Below, piece after piece: positions 30,249 to 41,029 of a stretch of 64,000 bases of DNA (within the stretch, counting starts at the first letter, position 1; each line of letters begins with the position of its first letter). Made by a program: the position numbers and the translations under genes. A model generated the notes under the pieces. That model did no database searches. It saw nothing but the letters and a program-made list of their open reading frames with translations, and had not been told where the DNA came from. The DNA is taken from positions 186,001-250,000 of the IMG/VR virus record IMGVR_UViG_3300005056_000001, one strand, 5' to 3'.

Positions 30249-30669
30249 TGTATTTTTATTATATGTACTGTTTTTTTTGAAAAAACGGAAAATGTATGAA
30301 TTATTGGCGTTTTAATACAAAAAAGTGCCATTTGCTACCCCAATAAAAAACGTCAAAAAGCCTAATAACAGCTATGGTGGTCTAGCCCTGTGTTTGTCGA
30401 ATGTTCAGGAAAATAAAAAAGCCCATATTTCCCAAGAAAAAACACCCACTTTTGCAAAAAATGGCGAAATCGTCCTCTTTTTGCCCTAAAAATTAGACTT
30501 TTTCGATATTCGAGGCCTATTTTTTCATTTGAGTTTTTTGGGTTAAATTTATTACCACTCTGTAACCCTTTATATATCGAATGTATGCGATTTTTTATAA
30601 TGTGAATATTTTGGCTGTCTACTAGTAAAACAATAATAACTTTAATTTAATAACAAAATCAACAAAAAC

Positions 30670-31515
30670 ATGTACAAAATAATCAGTATTTTGATGTTAT
30701 TTTCAACAACCTGTCTTGGACAAATCAAGATAGGAACTTTCAATATTCAAGTATTTGGTGCCAAGAAAAGCTCTAATATAACTGTGCTTGATAGTATCTG
30801 TTCAGTGATATCCCGATACGATATATTGGCAATACAAGAAGTAAAGGATATTAGCGGAAAAACAATCACAATACTTAGACATGCCCTCAATGAAAATGGA
30901 CTTGGCAACCATGCAATAATGAGCAGTCCACGTTCGGGACTCCAAGAAAGTGATGTGCATTATAGGGAGCAATACCTATACATATACGACACCACCACAA
31001 TCAATGTCGTGGAGGTGGTCGATTGCGAACACTCAGACAAAACACTTCAATGGGGACTAATGTCGGACACGGCATCCGAAATAAAAAGAGAGCCGTTCAT
31101 AGGACTATTCAAGGTAAAGAAGACAGGATTGTTGCTCACACTCTTTAATATACACACAAGCCCGTCTGTGGCAAACGAGGATGTCACTGCCATGCTAAAA
31201 AATATATCAATCATTTGCGACCAAGGCAGATCCCCACATTTTAAGAACTTTATTGTCTTGGGCGACTTTAATGCAAGTTGCTCCTACATGTCTAAAACCG
31301 AAATAGAAAAACTCAAAAAGGAATTCCCGTTCTTGATATGGGTTATTGACAATGATAGCGACAGCTCTGTATCAAGCAAAGATTGTGCATATGACCGAAT
31401 ATTAATATCGGCCCACCTGTCTAATCTTGTTATTGATCATGGGGTGGACAAACGCTCTGTGACAAAAAGCGTGTCTGATCACTATCCTGTTTTTATGATT
31501 TTGGAAGAAAATTAG
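30670..31515 (+). CDS. DNase I-like endonuclease (EEP superfamily) with signal peptide
   Basis: FNIQVFG, YDILAIQEV, EQYLYIY, REPF, GDFNASCSY, CAYDRI and SDHYPV motifs. Confidence 0.9.
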   Translation: MYKIISILMLFSTTCLGQIKIGTFNIQVFGAKKSSNITVLDSICSVISRYDILAIQEVKDISGKTITILRHALNENGLGNHAIMSSPRSGLQESDVHYREQYLYIYDTTTINVVEVVDCEHSDKTLQWGLMSDTASEIKREPFIGLFKVKKTGLLLTLFNIHTSPSVANEDVTAMLKNISIICDQGRSPHFKNFIVLGDFNASCSYMSKTEIEKLKKEFPFLIWVIDNDSDSSVSSKDCAYDRILISAHLSNLVIDHGVDKRSVTKSVSDHYPVFMILEEN

Positions 31516-31569
31516 AGAATATATTTGGTTTGTCGTATTTAATTTGCGATATTGTAAAAAATAACAATT

Positions 31570-31749
31570 ATGAAAGACAGAAACAAAGACAAGACAAAGT
31601 TCGAATACGGGGACATACTACACGACCGAAAATTTAACACATGTTTTAAATATGCGAGGAAGTATTTATTGGCTATTACCTATAACTTTACGGGTCGATA
31701 TACATTGGCAACGGAGGAGCAGAAAGGCACTTGTGTTATGGAGGGGTGA
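31570..31749 (+). CDS. 59-aa hypothetical protein (not in the ORF track)
   Basis: MKDRNKDKTKFEYGD...; promoter-like region upstream. Confidence 0.5.
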   Translation: MKDRNKDKTKFEYGDILHDRKFNTCFKYARKYLLAITYNFTGRYTLATEEQKGTCVMEG

Positions 31750-31822
31750 TTAGGGGCGTGTTGTTTACTATAGTACATATATCATTGATGAATAAGCTTA
31801 CAGTACCTATATAAACACGACC

Positions 31823-32170
31823 ATGGAAAGACAACTAACACAGGAGACATTAACGTTTCTGAAAACTATGTATGACAACACTAACGCAAAAGACGCTGCT
31901 CAAAGAGTGTTGACACGACTACTAGAGGGCGAAGATTGGAAAGGAACTTCATATATCCATTTTGCTAAATACGGTCTATCCGTAACCGAGAATGTTGACC
32001 ATTCGATCTATGTTGATGATAATCAAATTGTCTTTATGAGTAAGTACAGCTCTATAACTATTGATCATTCCGATATTCTTAGAATAAGAACAGGAGAATA
32101 TACAATACAGATCATAACAACAAATGGCTCAACGATATCTTTCCAAGAAAAAGGCAGGATTAAACAATAA
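31823..32170 (+). CDS. hypothetical protein, probably late
   Basis: GTACATA at 31773-31779. Confidence 0.65.
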   Translation: MERQLTQETLTFLKTMYDNTNAKDAAQRVLTRLLEGEDWKGTSYIHFAKYGLSVTENVDHSIYVDDNQIVFMSKYSSITIDHSDILRIRTGEYTIQIITTNGSTISFQEKGRIKQ

Positions 32171-32172
32171 TC

Positions 32173-32556
32173 CTAGTACCTAAAAATACCACGTCCTTTA
32201 GTGTATAACAAATCTACCTTGGTATTATCACAGTCACAACCATAAGATTCAGTCCAATACGGTTTACGTTTTGGACTGAATTTATATTCCTCTTTTGGTA
32301 AAATTTTAATCTGCTCAGAATAAAATATGTTGACCTCTTCACATTTAATATAGGCACAAACTCTTTTTGTTGCCCCATTGAATATTTTAAGTGCGGTTTT
32401 CTTGCCGTTCCTTAGCACACAATCTGTCAACACAAGCGTAACATGGTCGGGGTCATAGAAACACACTGTTTTATGTTTCATGTCCTCCACACGCCATTTG
32501 GCGTAGTGCTGACCTCCGTTTTCTTTCCCTAGGTGGAATCTTATTTTGTATGGCAT
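32173..32556 (-). CDS. hypothetical phage protein
   Basis: 127 aa, downstream of polB. Confidence 0.7.
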   Translation of the reverse strand: MPYKIRFHLGKENGGQHYAKWRVEDMKHKTVCFYDPDHVTLVLTDCVLRNGKKTALKIFNGATKRVCAYIKCEEVNIFYSEQIKILPKEEYKFSPKRKPYWTESYGCDCDNTKVDLLYTKGRGIFRY

Positions 32557-32561
32557 TGTGG

Positions 32562-34475
32562 TTATTTATTCTTCCCTTCGGCCTCCATTTCTTTAATCGC
32601 CTGCACAATGGCGGGTGTATAAAATTGGAGCAAATTTTGACTTAAATCTTTTGCATGATATCGACCATCAATCTGTCGTGTCCAAATCGTTTTTAGGGCA
32701 CCGTCTTTTGATCCGTCGTAAACATTCCTATTGAATGATATCCTGTGACCCGCCTTAAATGCGGCCTCTAGCTCCTTGTCGTTGCAGTTTACACCAAGCA
32801 GAATTTCTTTTGAGCAGCCAAGTGCCTTTCCTGAATTGGGATATTGGGCCTTCATGTCCAAGAACACACCAAATAGAATTTTGTGTAGCCTTGGAGGAAC
32901 CACATAACCACCCTCAAATGGTTTTATTTTTTTTGATGGTGCCTGTATGGACTTGTAGAACCTTCGCTTTTCGCCTATTACATTGCTTGTGTAATAATAT
33001 CCGACCTTGGTGGTCACATTTCTTTTTCGACCCATTAACATGGCATCCTCGTCGTTGTTGTCTTCGATATCCTCTTCTTCGTCCTCTTCTTTTCCGTATC
33101 CATCAAACGACGAGGCCGTCACCAATCCTTGTTCGTTCCAAAAGTAATCATGAAACACGGCAGCCGATTTTCGGGTGATATAGAATGCATCAGACACAGA
33201 CACTTTCGAGCTGTAACTAGATATTAGAATTTGATTCAGAAACAGTTTAGAGAGATGTATCAACATCAATGTGATTGTGTCAATACTGCCATAGAAAAAG
33301 AATGTCTCGGTGTCTCCTGTAATTAAATCTTGAAATTTCCCGTCAAAGGAAACCTTTCCGACCCCCAAAAACTCCTTGGAAATAACGTCCAATTTGAGGG
33401 ACTTCGAGTCTCTTTTCCTAGAAAACTTCTCGGTGATTACCATATAGTCCAACTCTAGTCGATGGGCAGGCTTAAAGTTTAGTGGTTTATCCGATCCAAA
33501 CTTGGCAACCATGGCATCAGACAGAATAGCCGTAGAACGTACAACACTTTCTGTCGGACTTGCCATGGCCCTAAGATGTTTTCTTTTGGGTATCGACTTG
33601 ATACGACCTGTCTTGTATATCGAACTTTGTTGTTTTGATGGGTGTAGTACTTTATAGGCAAGGCTGTTTGTGTTTGAGGTCTCGTTCATTTCCCATTCTA
33701 GTTTGATTGCCCTGTTGTGCAGATACAAACTATCAAAGGTCTCGTTGTTCCACCAAATCGTGCTGTGTAATGCCTTTGCCTGTCCCTTAAAAAATCCTGC
33801 CAATAACCTGTACTCGGTCGGGAACCAATATATTCTTATTTGTGGAGGGTTTTCTAGACTGAGCCCCAAGTCCTTTAGCACAGAAAACCTAAGCTTCTTG
33901 GCCTTTATATCATCTTCTTTGTCCTTGGGAAGTTCTTTTTCGGGAATCTTAAGTAGCGGGTCATTGATATCAGAGAATAGATGTGCCCCAATTCTTGCCT
34001 CGATCTTCTTGTGTAGTTTTTCTTCTGCTCCTACTCTCCAATTCTCGTCTTTTTCGACACTCCTGTATTCGTCTTCTAGGGCATATACCACAGTATCAAG
34101 ATTGGACGATGTTATTGTTATTAAATTAACGGGTGCCTCTGAATCTGCTGCTTCAGGGAATGGCGCAGTTATTTTGGTAATGTCAACCTCGATATCACAT
34201 GCAAAAACATTAGGAATATTGTATGCAAATATTAAGTCCTGTTCTTTTTGTGTAAGCGTGAAAAGAAACTGCCTTAGTTCATACTGTCCAAACTTTGACA
34301 CATTATCCGTAATCTTTATGGCCTTTTCGCCATCCCATGTATCCACATCACCATTCACATCTTTTTTATACTTCCAAAACTTAACATCCTTTTTTTCAAG
34401 AATGCTGATTTGACCGTCGGTATCAATATAAGAAATATCAACCCGATTGAGTCCTTGGATTACGTTTACAATCAT
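32562..34475 (-). CDS. family B DNA polymerase, N-terminal subunit (3'-5' exonuclease plus palm motif A)
   Basis: ExoI CDIE, ExoII WN..TFD..YL, ExoIII Y..ID, FEGGYV and motif A DMKAQYP; no motif B or DTD motif C. Confidence 0.8.
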   Translation of the reverse strand: MIVNVIQGLNRVDISYIDTDGQISILEKKDVKFWKYKKDVNGDVDTWDGEKAIKITDNVSKFGQYELRQFLFTLTQKEQDLIFAYNIPNVFACDIEVDITKITAPFPEAADSEAPVNLITITSSNLDTVVYALEDEYRSVEKDENWRVGAEEKLHKKIEARIGAHLFSDINDPLLKIPEKELPKDKEDDIKAKKLRFSVLKDLGLSLENPPQIRIYWFPTEYRLLAGFFKGQAKALHSTIWWNNETFDSLYLHNRAIKLEWEMNETSNTNSLAYKVLHPSKQQSSIYKTGRIKSIPKRKHLRAMASPTESVVRSTAILSDAMVAKFGSDKPLNFKPAHRLELDYMVITEKFSRKRDSKSLKLDVISKEFLGVGKVSFDGKFQDLITGDTETFFFYGSIDTITLMLIHLSKLFLNQILISSYSSKVSVSDAFYITRKSAAVFHDYFWNEQGLVTASSFDGYGKEEDEEEDIEDNNDEDAMLMGRKRNVTTKVGYYYTSNVIGEKRRFYKSIQAPSKKIKPFEGGYVVPPRLHKILFGVFLDMKAQYPNSGKALGCSKEILLGVNCNDKELEAAFKAGHRISFNRNVYDGSKDGALKTIWTRQIDGRYHAKDLSQNLLQFYTPAIVQAIKEMEAEGKNK

Positions 34476-34545
34476 ATGTGCCTAATTAACTTTTTGAATA
34501 ATGGTATAAATGTACGAAATCCAAACCGAAAAACTTAGCAGAACA

Positions 34546-34842
34546 CTATTTTATTGATTTATATTTTTCATAGTCTGTTTCGATGCCCGTATTAAACACA
34601 TCGACTCTGTCTGAAATATTTTTAACTATTCCCAAGTCATTGATTGTATATTTGTCTTTAATATTACCCTCTCCATCTGTTCGGGTAAATATACACACAC
34701 TGTTCTCTTCGTCGAAATCTAACGTATGGAATTTATTAATATCTTTATAGTAAAATCGACCGTTAATGTCATCGACAGGGTTAATGTCGTCCCAATATCC
34801 CTTTGTGAATTTCAACTCCTCAATATCTTCTTTTGTAATCAT
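34546..34842 (-). CDS. hypothetical protein
   Basis: Start placed at MITKE. Confidence 0.6.
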   Translation of the reverse strand: MITKEDIEELKFTKGYWDDINPVDDINGRFYYKDINKFHTLDFDEENSVCIFTRTDGEGNIKDKYTINDLGIVKNISDRVDVFNTGIETDYEKYKSIK

Positions 34843-34960
34843 AATTATTTTTTGGGTTATTGTGATATGTCCTGATAATGGACAGTGTTTTAATATGCGT
34901 CTCAATTAAAACGTAAAAATTCAATGTTTGCCTGTATCGCCCAACAAGGATTATACAATT

Positions 34961-35353
34961 CTAGACCAATGGGTACTCCACCAAGATTTCATACCAAGAT
35001 TTCATTGTGAATTCGTTTATCATCTTGCTCTTGTCCGAATCCTTAAAATGTGTAATATCAACAATTTGATGCTTACCAATAGTATCATAACCGCCAATTA
35101 TATTATACATCTCGGCATTGGAACCCCAATGAGTAGGATTCATTCGGCCGTCAATAACCTCAAACAAGACCGACAGTTTATCAATTGCACCCCTGTATGT
35201 AAATGTGCTCAATATTTCATTGTACCTGTAATGTATGCTCTTGATGCCATCACAAATGAATATATACTCCTTATTATTATCGACCTCTTGGGGATACCAA
35301 GTGATACCCGTTCTTTTTGAGTTGCATTTGAAAAAATTTTGCAATGTTGCCAT
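34961..35353 (-). CDS. hypothetical protein
   Basis: Start placed at MATLQ. Confidence 0.6.
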   Translation of the reverse strand: MATLQNFFKCNSKRTGITWYPQEVDNNKEYIFICDGIKSIHYRYNEILSTFTYRGAIDKLSVLFEVIDGRMNPTHWGSNAEMYNIIGGYDTIGKHQIVDITHFKDSDKSKMINEFTMKSWYEILVEYPLV

Positions 35354-35430
35354 GACTGTTTTATTATGTGATGAATATATAGGATATGTAGCAAATAGGT
35401 ACATAGGTAAAACGCAAAATATCCTTATTT

Positions 35431-36405
35431 ATGCCAAAGAATGAAATACATTTACAAAATCTACGTACAATAACAAATACGATCAGTACGACCGAATTCA
35501 AGTCGGCATCCGAAGAGCTTAGGTTATTCATGGACGAAAAGGGCGGAATGATAAACGGGTTCTTTACATTGCCCGACCCCCACGTGAAAGGGTTTAAGCT
35601 CTTCTTTCACTTCCATGATGAGTATGGGCTATTGGCAGACGGTGACCTACAGGCAAGCGCAGAGGCGTACCTCAGAAGGATTGGCGAAACAAAAAGGGCG
35701 GACTCCTTGGCGGTGTTCAAGGATTTATTGTCACAGGTGGCATCTAGCTATTCCCACCAAATGACATCGCTTGAGGGTGTGGCGGAAAGTTATACCGAGG
35801 GGTATGGTATGTTGGAACGTGAAGAAAAGCCTAATATTACAATTAATTTCTTTGACACGCTCGACAACAAAATTCAGGCCCTAATCGGACTATATCGAGA
35901 CATTGCATGGCACAACACAAGAAAGGTTTGGGTGCTTCCTGAAAATATGCGTGAGTTCAACATGAGTGTATACATTTTTGATGCATCGTTCTATTCAACA
36001 AAGGTCGAATTCTTGCCTAGGTACACCAATCAAGACTTGATGAAAATAAATCACACAATGCTTGAGTACAGCTATTGTACCATAAACGAAACAAGTGGTG
36101 GTATGGCATTCGAGACATTGTTGAGGGGGAATGACGAAGCAGTTGCCACGAATTTTATTGTTGACTATACCAAGGTAAAAACCTCACATCTATTCAGGAA
36201 CATAACAGGAAACACGCCAATAAATGAAAGTACCTTGGCGATTGCCACAACAGCAATTGCCGACAGACTAACCCTAAACAACCCGATAGGAGAATTTGGA
36301 ATTTTCCCGAATCCTAATATAAGGAGACCACCAATACCGCTTATACCATTTACATTTATTCGTCCGAGTGGACTTAATCGTGATGGTAGTCCTGTTTTTG
36401 GATAA
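35431..36405 (+). CDS. probable tail/baseplate structural protein
   Basis: GTACATA at 35399-35405; beta-rich with an LPENMREFNMSVY motif, reminiscent of tube-fold proteins. Confidence 0.5.
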   Translation: MPKNEIHLQNLRTITNTISTTEFKSASEELRLFMDEKGGMINGFFTLPDPHVKGFKLFFHFHDEYGLLADGDLQASAEAYLRRIGETKRADSLAVFKDLLSQVASSYSHQMTSLEGVAESYTEGYGMLEREEKPNITINFFDTLDNKIQALIGLYRDIAWHNTRKVWVLPENMREFNMSVYIFDASFYSTKVEFLPRYTNQDLMKINHTMLEYSYCTINETSGGMAFETLLRGNDEAVATNFIVDYTKVKTSHLFRNITGNTPINESTLAIATTAIADRLTLNNPIGEFGIFPNPNIRRPPIPLIPFTFIRPSGLNRDGSPVFG

Positions 36406-36460
36406 TAGTACATAGATAGTACATAGTAATATATATAACAATAATTGACAAAAAAGAATC

Positions 36461-36850
36461 ATGAACAACAGACTTACAGAGGCGAACAAAAGATACGTTG
36501 AAAGCAAAAAAATTAACGAGAGCAAGGCAATGAAATTCATTCAGAGCATGATTAAGGACAAGGCCATGAAGCGTGAGGATGCCGAGACATTTCAGGAGTT
36601 ATTGGCATTTGGTGCCAATGATGTTATGTTTTTTGTGGAAGACATGTCTCCACGCTCAAAATTTGAGGTTACATTAAATGGACAATTAAAAATCAAGATG
36701 GGGGGCAAGACAATGTCTTTCTATGTTGATGGTGCCTATTATGTGACCGTTGGCTACAATGAAATTACAGAGGGCTCGATATTACCCAATGGGTATTATG
36801 GATTTTTCTTGGATAACGGTTTGAGAATTGCCATTAATGTCCTAAATTAA
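36461..36850 (+). CDS. probable late head-associated protein
   Basis: Tandem GTACATA at 36408 and 36419; N-terminus with repeated LTE/YVE/INE sites. Confidence 0.55.
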   Translation: MNNRLTEANKRYVESKKINESKAMKFIQSMIKDKAMKREDAETFQELLAFGANDVMFFVEDMSPRSKFEVTLNGQLKIKMGGKTMSFYVDGAYYVTVGYNEITEGSILPNGYYGFFLDNGLRIAINVLN

Positions 36851-37016
36851 CAAAGAATTAGTTGGACTCGACCACACAAGATTAACAAAAATACCACAAA
36901 TATTGATTCCGTCATTTTTGTGGTATTTTTGTTTTAATAGGACAGGTATATCCTATAATACTAATGCCCATTTTTGGCGTTTTATCCATATCAAAATTAT
37001 TAACAAAACCATATCA

Positions 37017-40000
37017 ATGAAAGAAGTAACAAAACCATCGGTGAAGGTGCATTCCTACACCTTTGACCATGCATTGGCAACATCCACCAAATATTTTAAG
37101 GGTGACGTGTTGGCGGCCACCGTTTGGATTAACAAGTATGCATTAAAAGATTCCGAGGGTAATATTTACGAGAGTACCCCCGACCAAATGCATCATAGGT
37201 TGGCTCGTGAATTGGCTCGTGCCGAGGGCAAGTATCCGAATCCCATACCCGAGGAAGAAATATATGGCCTAATCAAGGATTTTGGGTATTTGGTGCCACA
37301 GGGGAGTCCTATGGCAGGGATCGGGAATAATTATCAGGTTGTGTCTATTTCCAATTGCTTTGTTATTGGTAACGAATCGGATTCTTATGGAGGGATCATG
37401 AAGGATGACGAGGAGTTAATCCAATTACAGAAGCGGAGGGCAGGAGTCGGTGAGGACTTATCACACATTAGACCAAAGGGATCACCCGTAAAAAATGCCG
37501 CAATAAGTTCGACAGGAATCGTTCCGTACATGGAGCGTTATTCTAATTCGACAAGAGAGGTTGCGCAGGGAGGACGTAGATAAAGTAATCATTATTACCA
37601 TGAGAAAATATATAGAGTATTATGGAAAAGGAAAATTTAATAGCACATTTAAGACTAGAATTATCTTATAGAGACATTGCCAAGATCGAAAAATGCAGCT
37701 CAAGCAAAGTTAAGTATTGGGTTAATAGACACAATATCAAATTTGAGTCGAAGTTTAATAGAGAATATCAGAAAAGTGTCAACCACAACCTATTCAACAA
37801 GATTGATGACATTAATTTGGCATACATAACAGGCTTTGTTCTTGGGGACGGTTATATAAATAGCAATTATGATGTCAACCTCACTGTTGCCCTAAAGGAT
37901 GCAATTCTTTTGGAAGACATAAATAAGTATATTACATGGGATTGCAAGATCGCATATGACCGCACATTAGACACAACAAAAAGGAGATTTCCTAGCTGTC
38001 GATTGTGTGTCAGAAGCAGAGGTGTTGGAAAGGATCTGACAAAACATTTGGGTGGAAGGCTTAAGCCTGACAGACACACACCAATAGTTTCAAAAGGATT
38101 AGAGCCTTATCTTGTGGCGGGTTTATTTGATGCCGATGGTTGTATAACTTGGGGGTACCGAAAGGACAGAAACCGATTATGGCAAAAAATTTCGTTCACG
38201 TCTCCAATTGGGATATTAATAGGTGTTCAAAAAATACTTATTAAGTATGAAATTTCGACTATCATCAGACCAAAGGCGCATGAAGAGGTGTCTATAATCG
38301 AGTTCGCAAGCAAAAAAGATGTTATTAAATTTTATCGTATGCTGCCAAAAGATGGTATACGCCTTGAAAGAAAGGTAATCAAATTCGACAAATTAATTAA
38401 AGAGTTTGGGTTACCAATAAAATGATTATGACGCTCCCTTGCGTCTTGAATCGGATGAATTCGGTGGAGAGCTTCGTTTGAAGAGAATACCGAGCCAAGC
38501 TTCACAAGCGTGTGAGGAAGGTGTAGAGACTAGGTGGTGTGACACGAACTTGTCATGTAATACACCAATAGCGTCCGAGCCATTAAAATGGTGAGATATA
38601 GTCCATGTATGAGGGGAGCATTAATGTTAACGCTATCAATTGAACATCCTGATGCCGAGGATTTCATTGATGCAAAGGTTGACGGTACAAAGGTGACGGG
38701 TGCAAATATTTCACTTAGAGTCACGGACAATTTTATGAATGCCGCAAAATCAAATTCTGTATTTGTACAACAGTATCCGATTGGTTCCGAGAACCCGATG
38801 GTGAAAAAGCATATTGTTGCCAAGGATCTTTGGGACAAGATGATGTATAACTCGTGGAGTCGTGCCGAGCCAAGTATATTATTTTGGGACACAATAATAC
38901 GGGAGTCGATTCCTGATTGTTATGCAGACTTGGGCTTTAAGACCATTTCTACCAATCCTTGTGTGGTTGGTGATACGTTAGTAAAGACCGACAAAGGTGA
39001 TCTGACGGTCGAAGAAATTGTTGAGCGATTTTTAGACAATGAAGATTTTGAAATATTATCCTACAATATCGAAACCGATAAATTTGAATATAAAAAATTG
39101 CTGAATGCTTTACTTACAAAGCACGATGCCGATGTAATTAATATTAAGACGCAATGTGACAAACAGGTTACTTTAACCCCTGACCACAAAGTGTATACCG
39201 AACAGGATGGTTGGGTTGAGGCACAGAATTTGACAATCGACCATACCCTAATCATACACACTGAAGGCGATATTAGTGCACATACATTTTTGATCGAAAA
39301 TATTGAAGTTGGACAAGAAGATGTCTATGATTTGACTGTGGAAGATAATCACAACTTCTTGGCTAACAACGTGTTAATTAAAAATTGTGGCGAAATTCCA
39401 TTATGTGCAAAAGATAGCTGCCGATTGTTGGCCATTAACTTATACTCTTTTGTAGACAAGCCATTTACCCCACAGGCATCCTTCGATTTTGAGAAGTTTG
39501 TTAAGTACACAAATATTGCACAACGGCTGATGGACGATATTGTTGAAATTGAATTGGAGAAGATTGATGCCATACTAGAAAAAATAAATACGGATCCCGA
39601 AAGTGATAAAATAAAATCCACAGAGAAAAATCTTTGGATGGACATCAAGGAAAAGTGTAAAATGGGCCGTCGAACAGGTCTAGGAATAACCGCCGAAGGA
39701 GACATGTTGGCAGCACTAGGGATTCGATACGGAACAAAAGAAGCAACAACGTTTTCGACAAAGGTACACAAAACACTTGCACTTAGTGCGTATCGCTCGT
39801 CTGTAACCATGGCACAAGAACGTGGAGCATTCCCGATTTACGAATCTTCTCGTGAAGTAGATAATCCGATGATTCAACGAATCAAGGAGGTCGACGAGGA
39901 TTTGTACAATGACATGGTAAAGTATGGAAGGCGTAATATTGCCTTGCTAACAATTGCCCCCGCAGGAACCACGTCCATGATGACACAGACATCATCAGGT

Positions 40001-41029
40001 TTTGAGCCCGTGTTTATGGTGAGCTATAAAAGGAGACGCAAGATTAATCCAAATGATACCAACGTAACTGTTGCGTTTGTTGATAAGGTCGGAGACTCAT
40101 GGGAGGAATACAACGTTTTTCATCATAAGTTTATCACATGGCTAGAGGTTAATGATTACGATGTTGACGAGGTTACCAAAATGAGCCAAGAAGATTTGGA
40201 CATTATTATCTCACAATCGCCATACCACGAGGCAACTGCACATCATGTTGATTGGGTAGAAAAAATTCGTATGCAAGGAAGTATCCAAAAGTGGGTGGAT
40301 CATTCCATTAGTGTGACTGTAAATGTTCCTGAAGATTGTACACAAGAACAGGTAAGTGAAATCTATATGACAGGATGGGAGCATGGATGTAAGGGTGTGA
40401 CAATATATCGTGAGGGCTCTCGTAGTGGGGTGCTAATCTCAAACGACGACAAGAAAGACAAGGTCGAAAAAGTCTTCCTTGAAAACAATGCCCCGAAACG
40501 TCCAAAGACATTGGATGCCGAGGTATTTAAATTTAACAACAACAAAGAAAAATGGGTTGCTGTTATTGGTTTGTTGGATGGTCGTCCTTATGAGATTTTT
40601 ACAGGGAAATTGGATAGCTCATTTTCTATACTGTCAAAAGTAGACAGTGGTTGGATTGTAAAACAAAAAGTCAAGGGTGAAAGAGCACGCTACGACTTTC
40701 AATACGAAGACAGCGAAGGGCACAAGACCACGATTGAGGGACTTTCACAATCCTTTAACAAGGAGTATTGGAACTATGCCAAGTTGATTTCGGGTGTGTT
40801 GCGCCACGGGATGCCACTAAATTTTGTGGTTGATATGGTCAATAACCTACACCTGAATGAGGACACGCTTAATACATGGAAAAAAGGAACTGCCCGTGCA
40901 TTAAAACGTTATATTCCTGACGGAACAAAGGCCGCAGGGAATACATGTGGCGACTGTGGCGAGGATGCGCTTGTTTATCAGGAGGGTTGCCTAACATGCA
41001 AAAACTGTGGATATTCTAAGTGTGGATAA
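37017..41029 (+). CDS. nrdJ: class II (adenosylcobalamin-dependent) ribonucleotide reductase; exon 1 37017-37577, exon 2 38612-41029; contains an intein
   Basis: ISNCFVIG, spliced AQGGR/RGALM, TNP/CGE, GRRTGLG, TIAPAGT and C-terminal CxxC..CxxCG motifs. Confidence 0.93.
37578..38611 (+). other. group I self-splicing intron in nrdJ
   Basis: 5' exon ends in U, intron ends in G; core elements AATACCGAGCC, GTAGAGACTA and GATATAGTCC; internal guide GCGTCTT at 38441-38447; removal restores GGRRGALM. Confidence 0.92.
37622..38425 (+). CDS. intron-encoded double-motif LAGLIDADG homing endonuclease
   Basis: YITGFVLGDG and LVAGLFDADG motifs; N-terminal HTH-like segment. Confidence 0.9.
   Translation: MEKENLIAHLRLELSYRDIAKIEKCSSSKVKYWVNRHNIKFESKFNREYQKSVNHNLFNKIDDINLAYITGFVLGDGYINSNYDVNLTVALKDAILLEDINKYITWDCKIAYDRTLDTTKRRFPSCRLCVRSRGVGKDLTKHLGGRLKPDRHTPIVSKGLEPYLVAGLFDADGCITWGYRKDRNRLWQKISFTSPIGILIGVQKILIKYEISTIIRPKAHEEVSIIEFASKKDVIKFYRMLPKDGIRLERKVIKFDKLIKEFGLPIK
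38960..39385 (+). other. mini-intein (142 aa, no endonuclease) in the NrdJ NP/CGE active-site motif
   Basis: Starts CVVGDT; block B TPDH; block F VYDLTV..NHNF; ends KN before C. Confidence 0.92.

Noticed and set aside
37561-38611. nrdJ as two separate genes or a pseudogene, as the ORF track suggests
   Set aside because: A group I intron explains the break and precise splicing restores the conserved motif.
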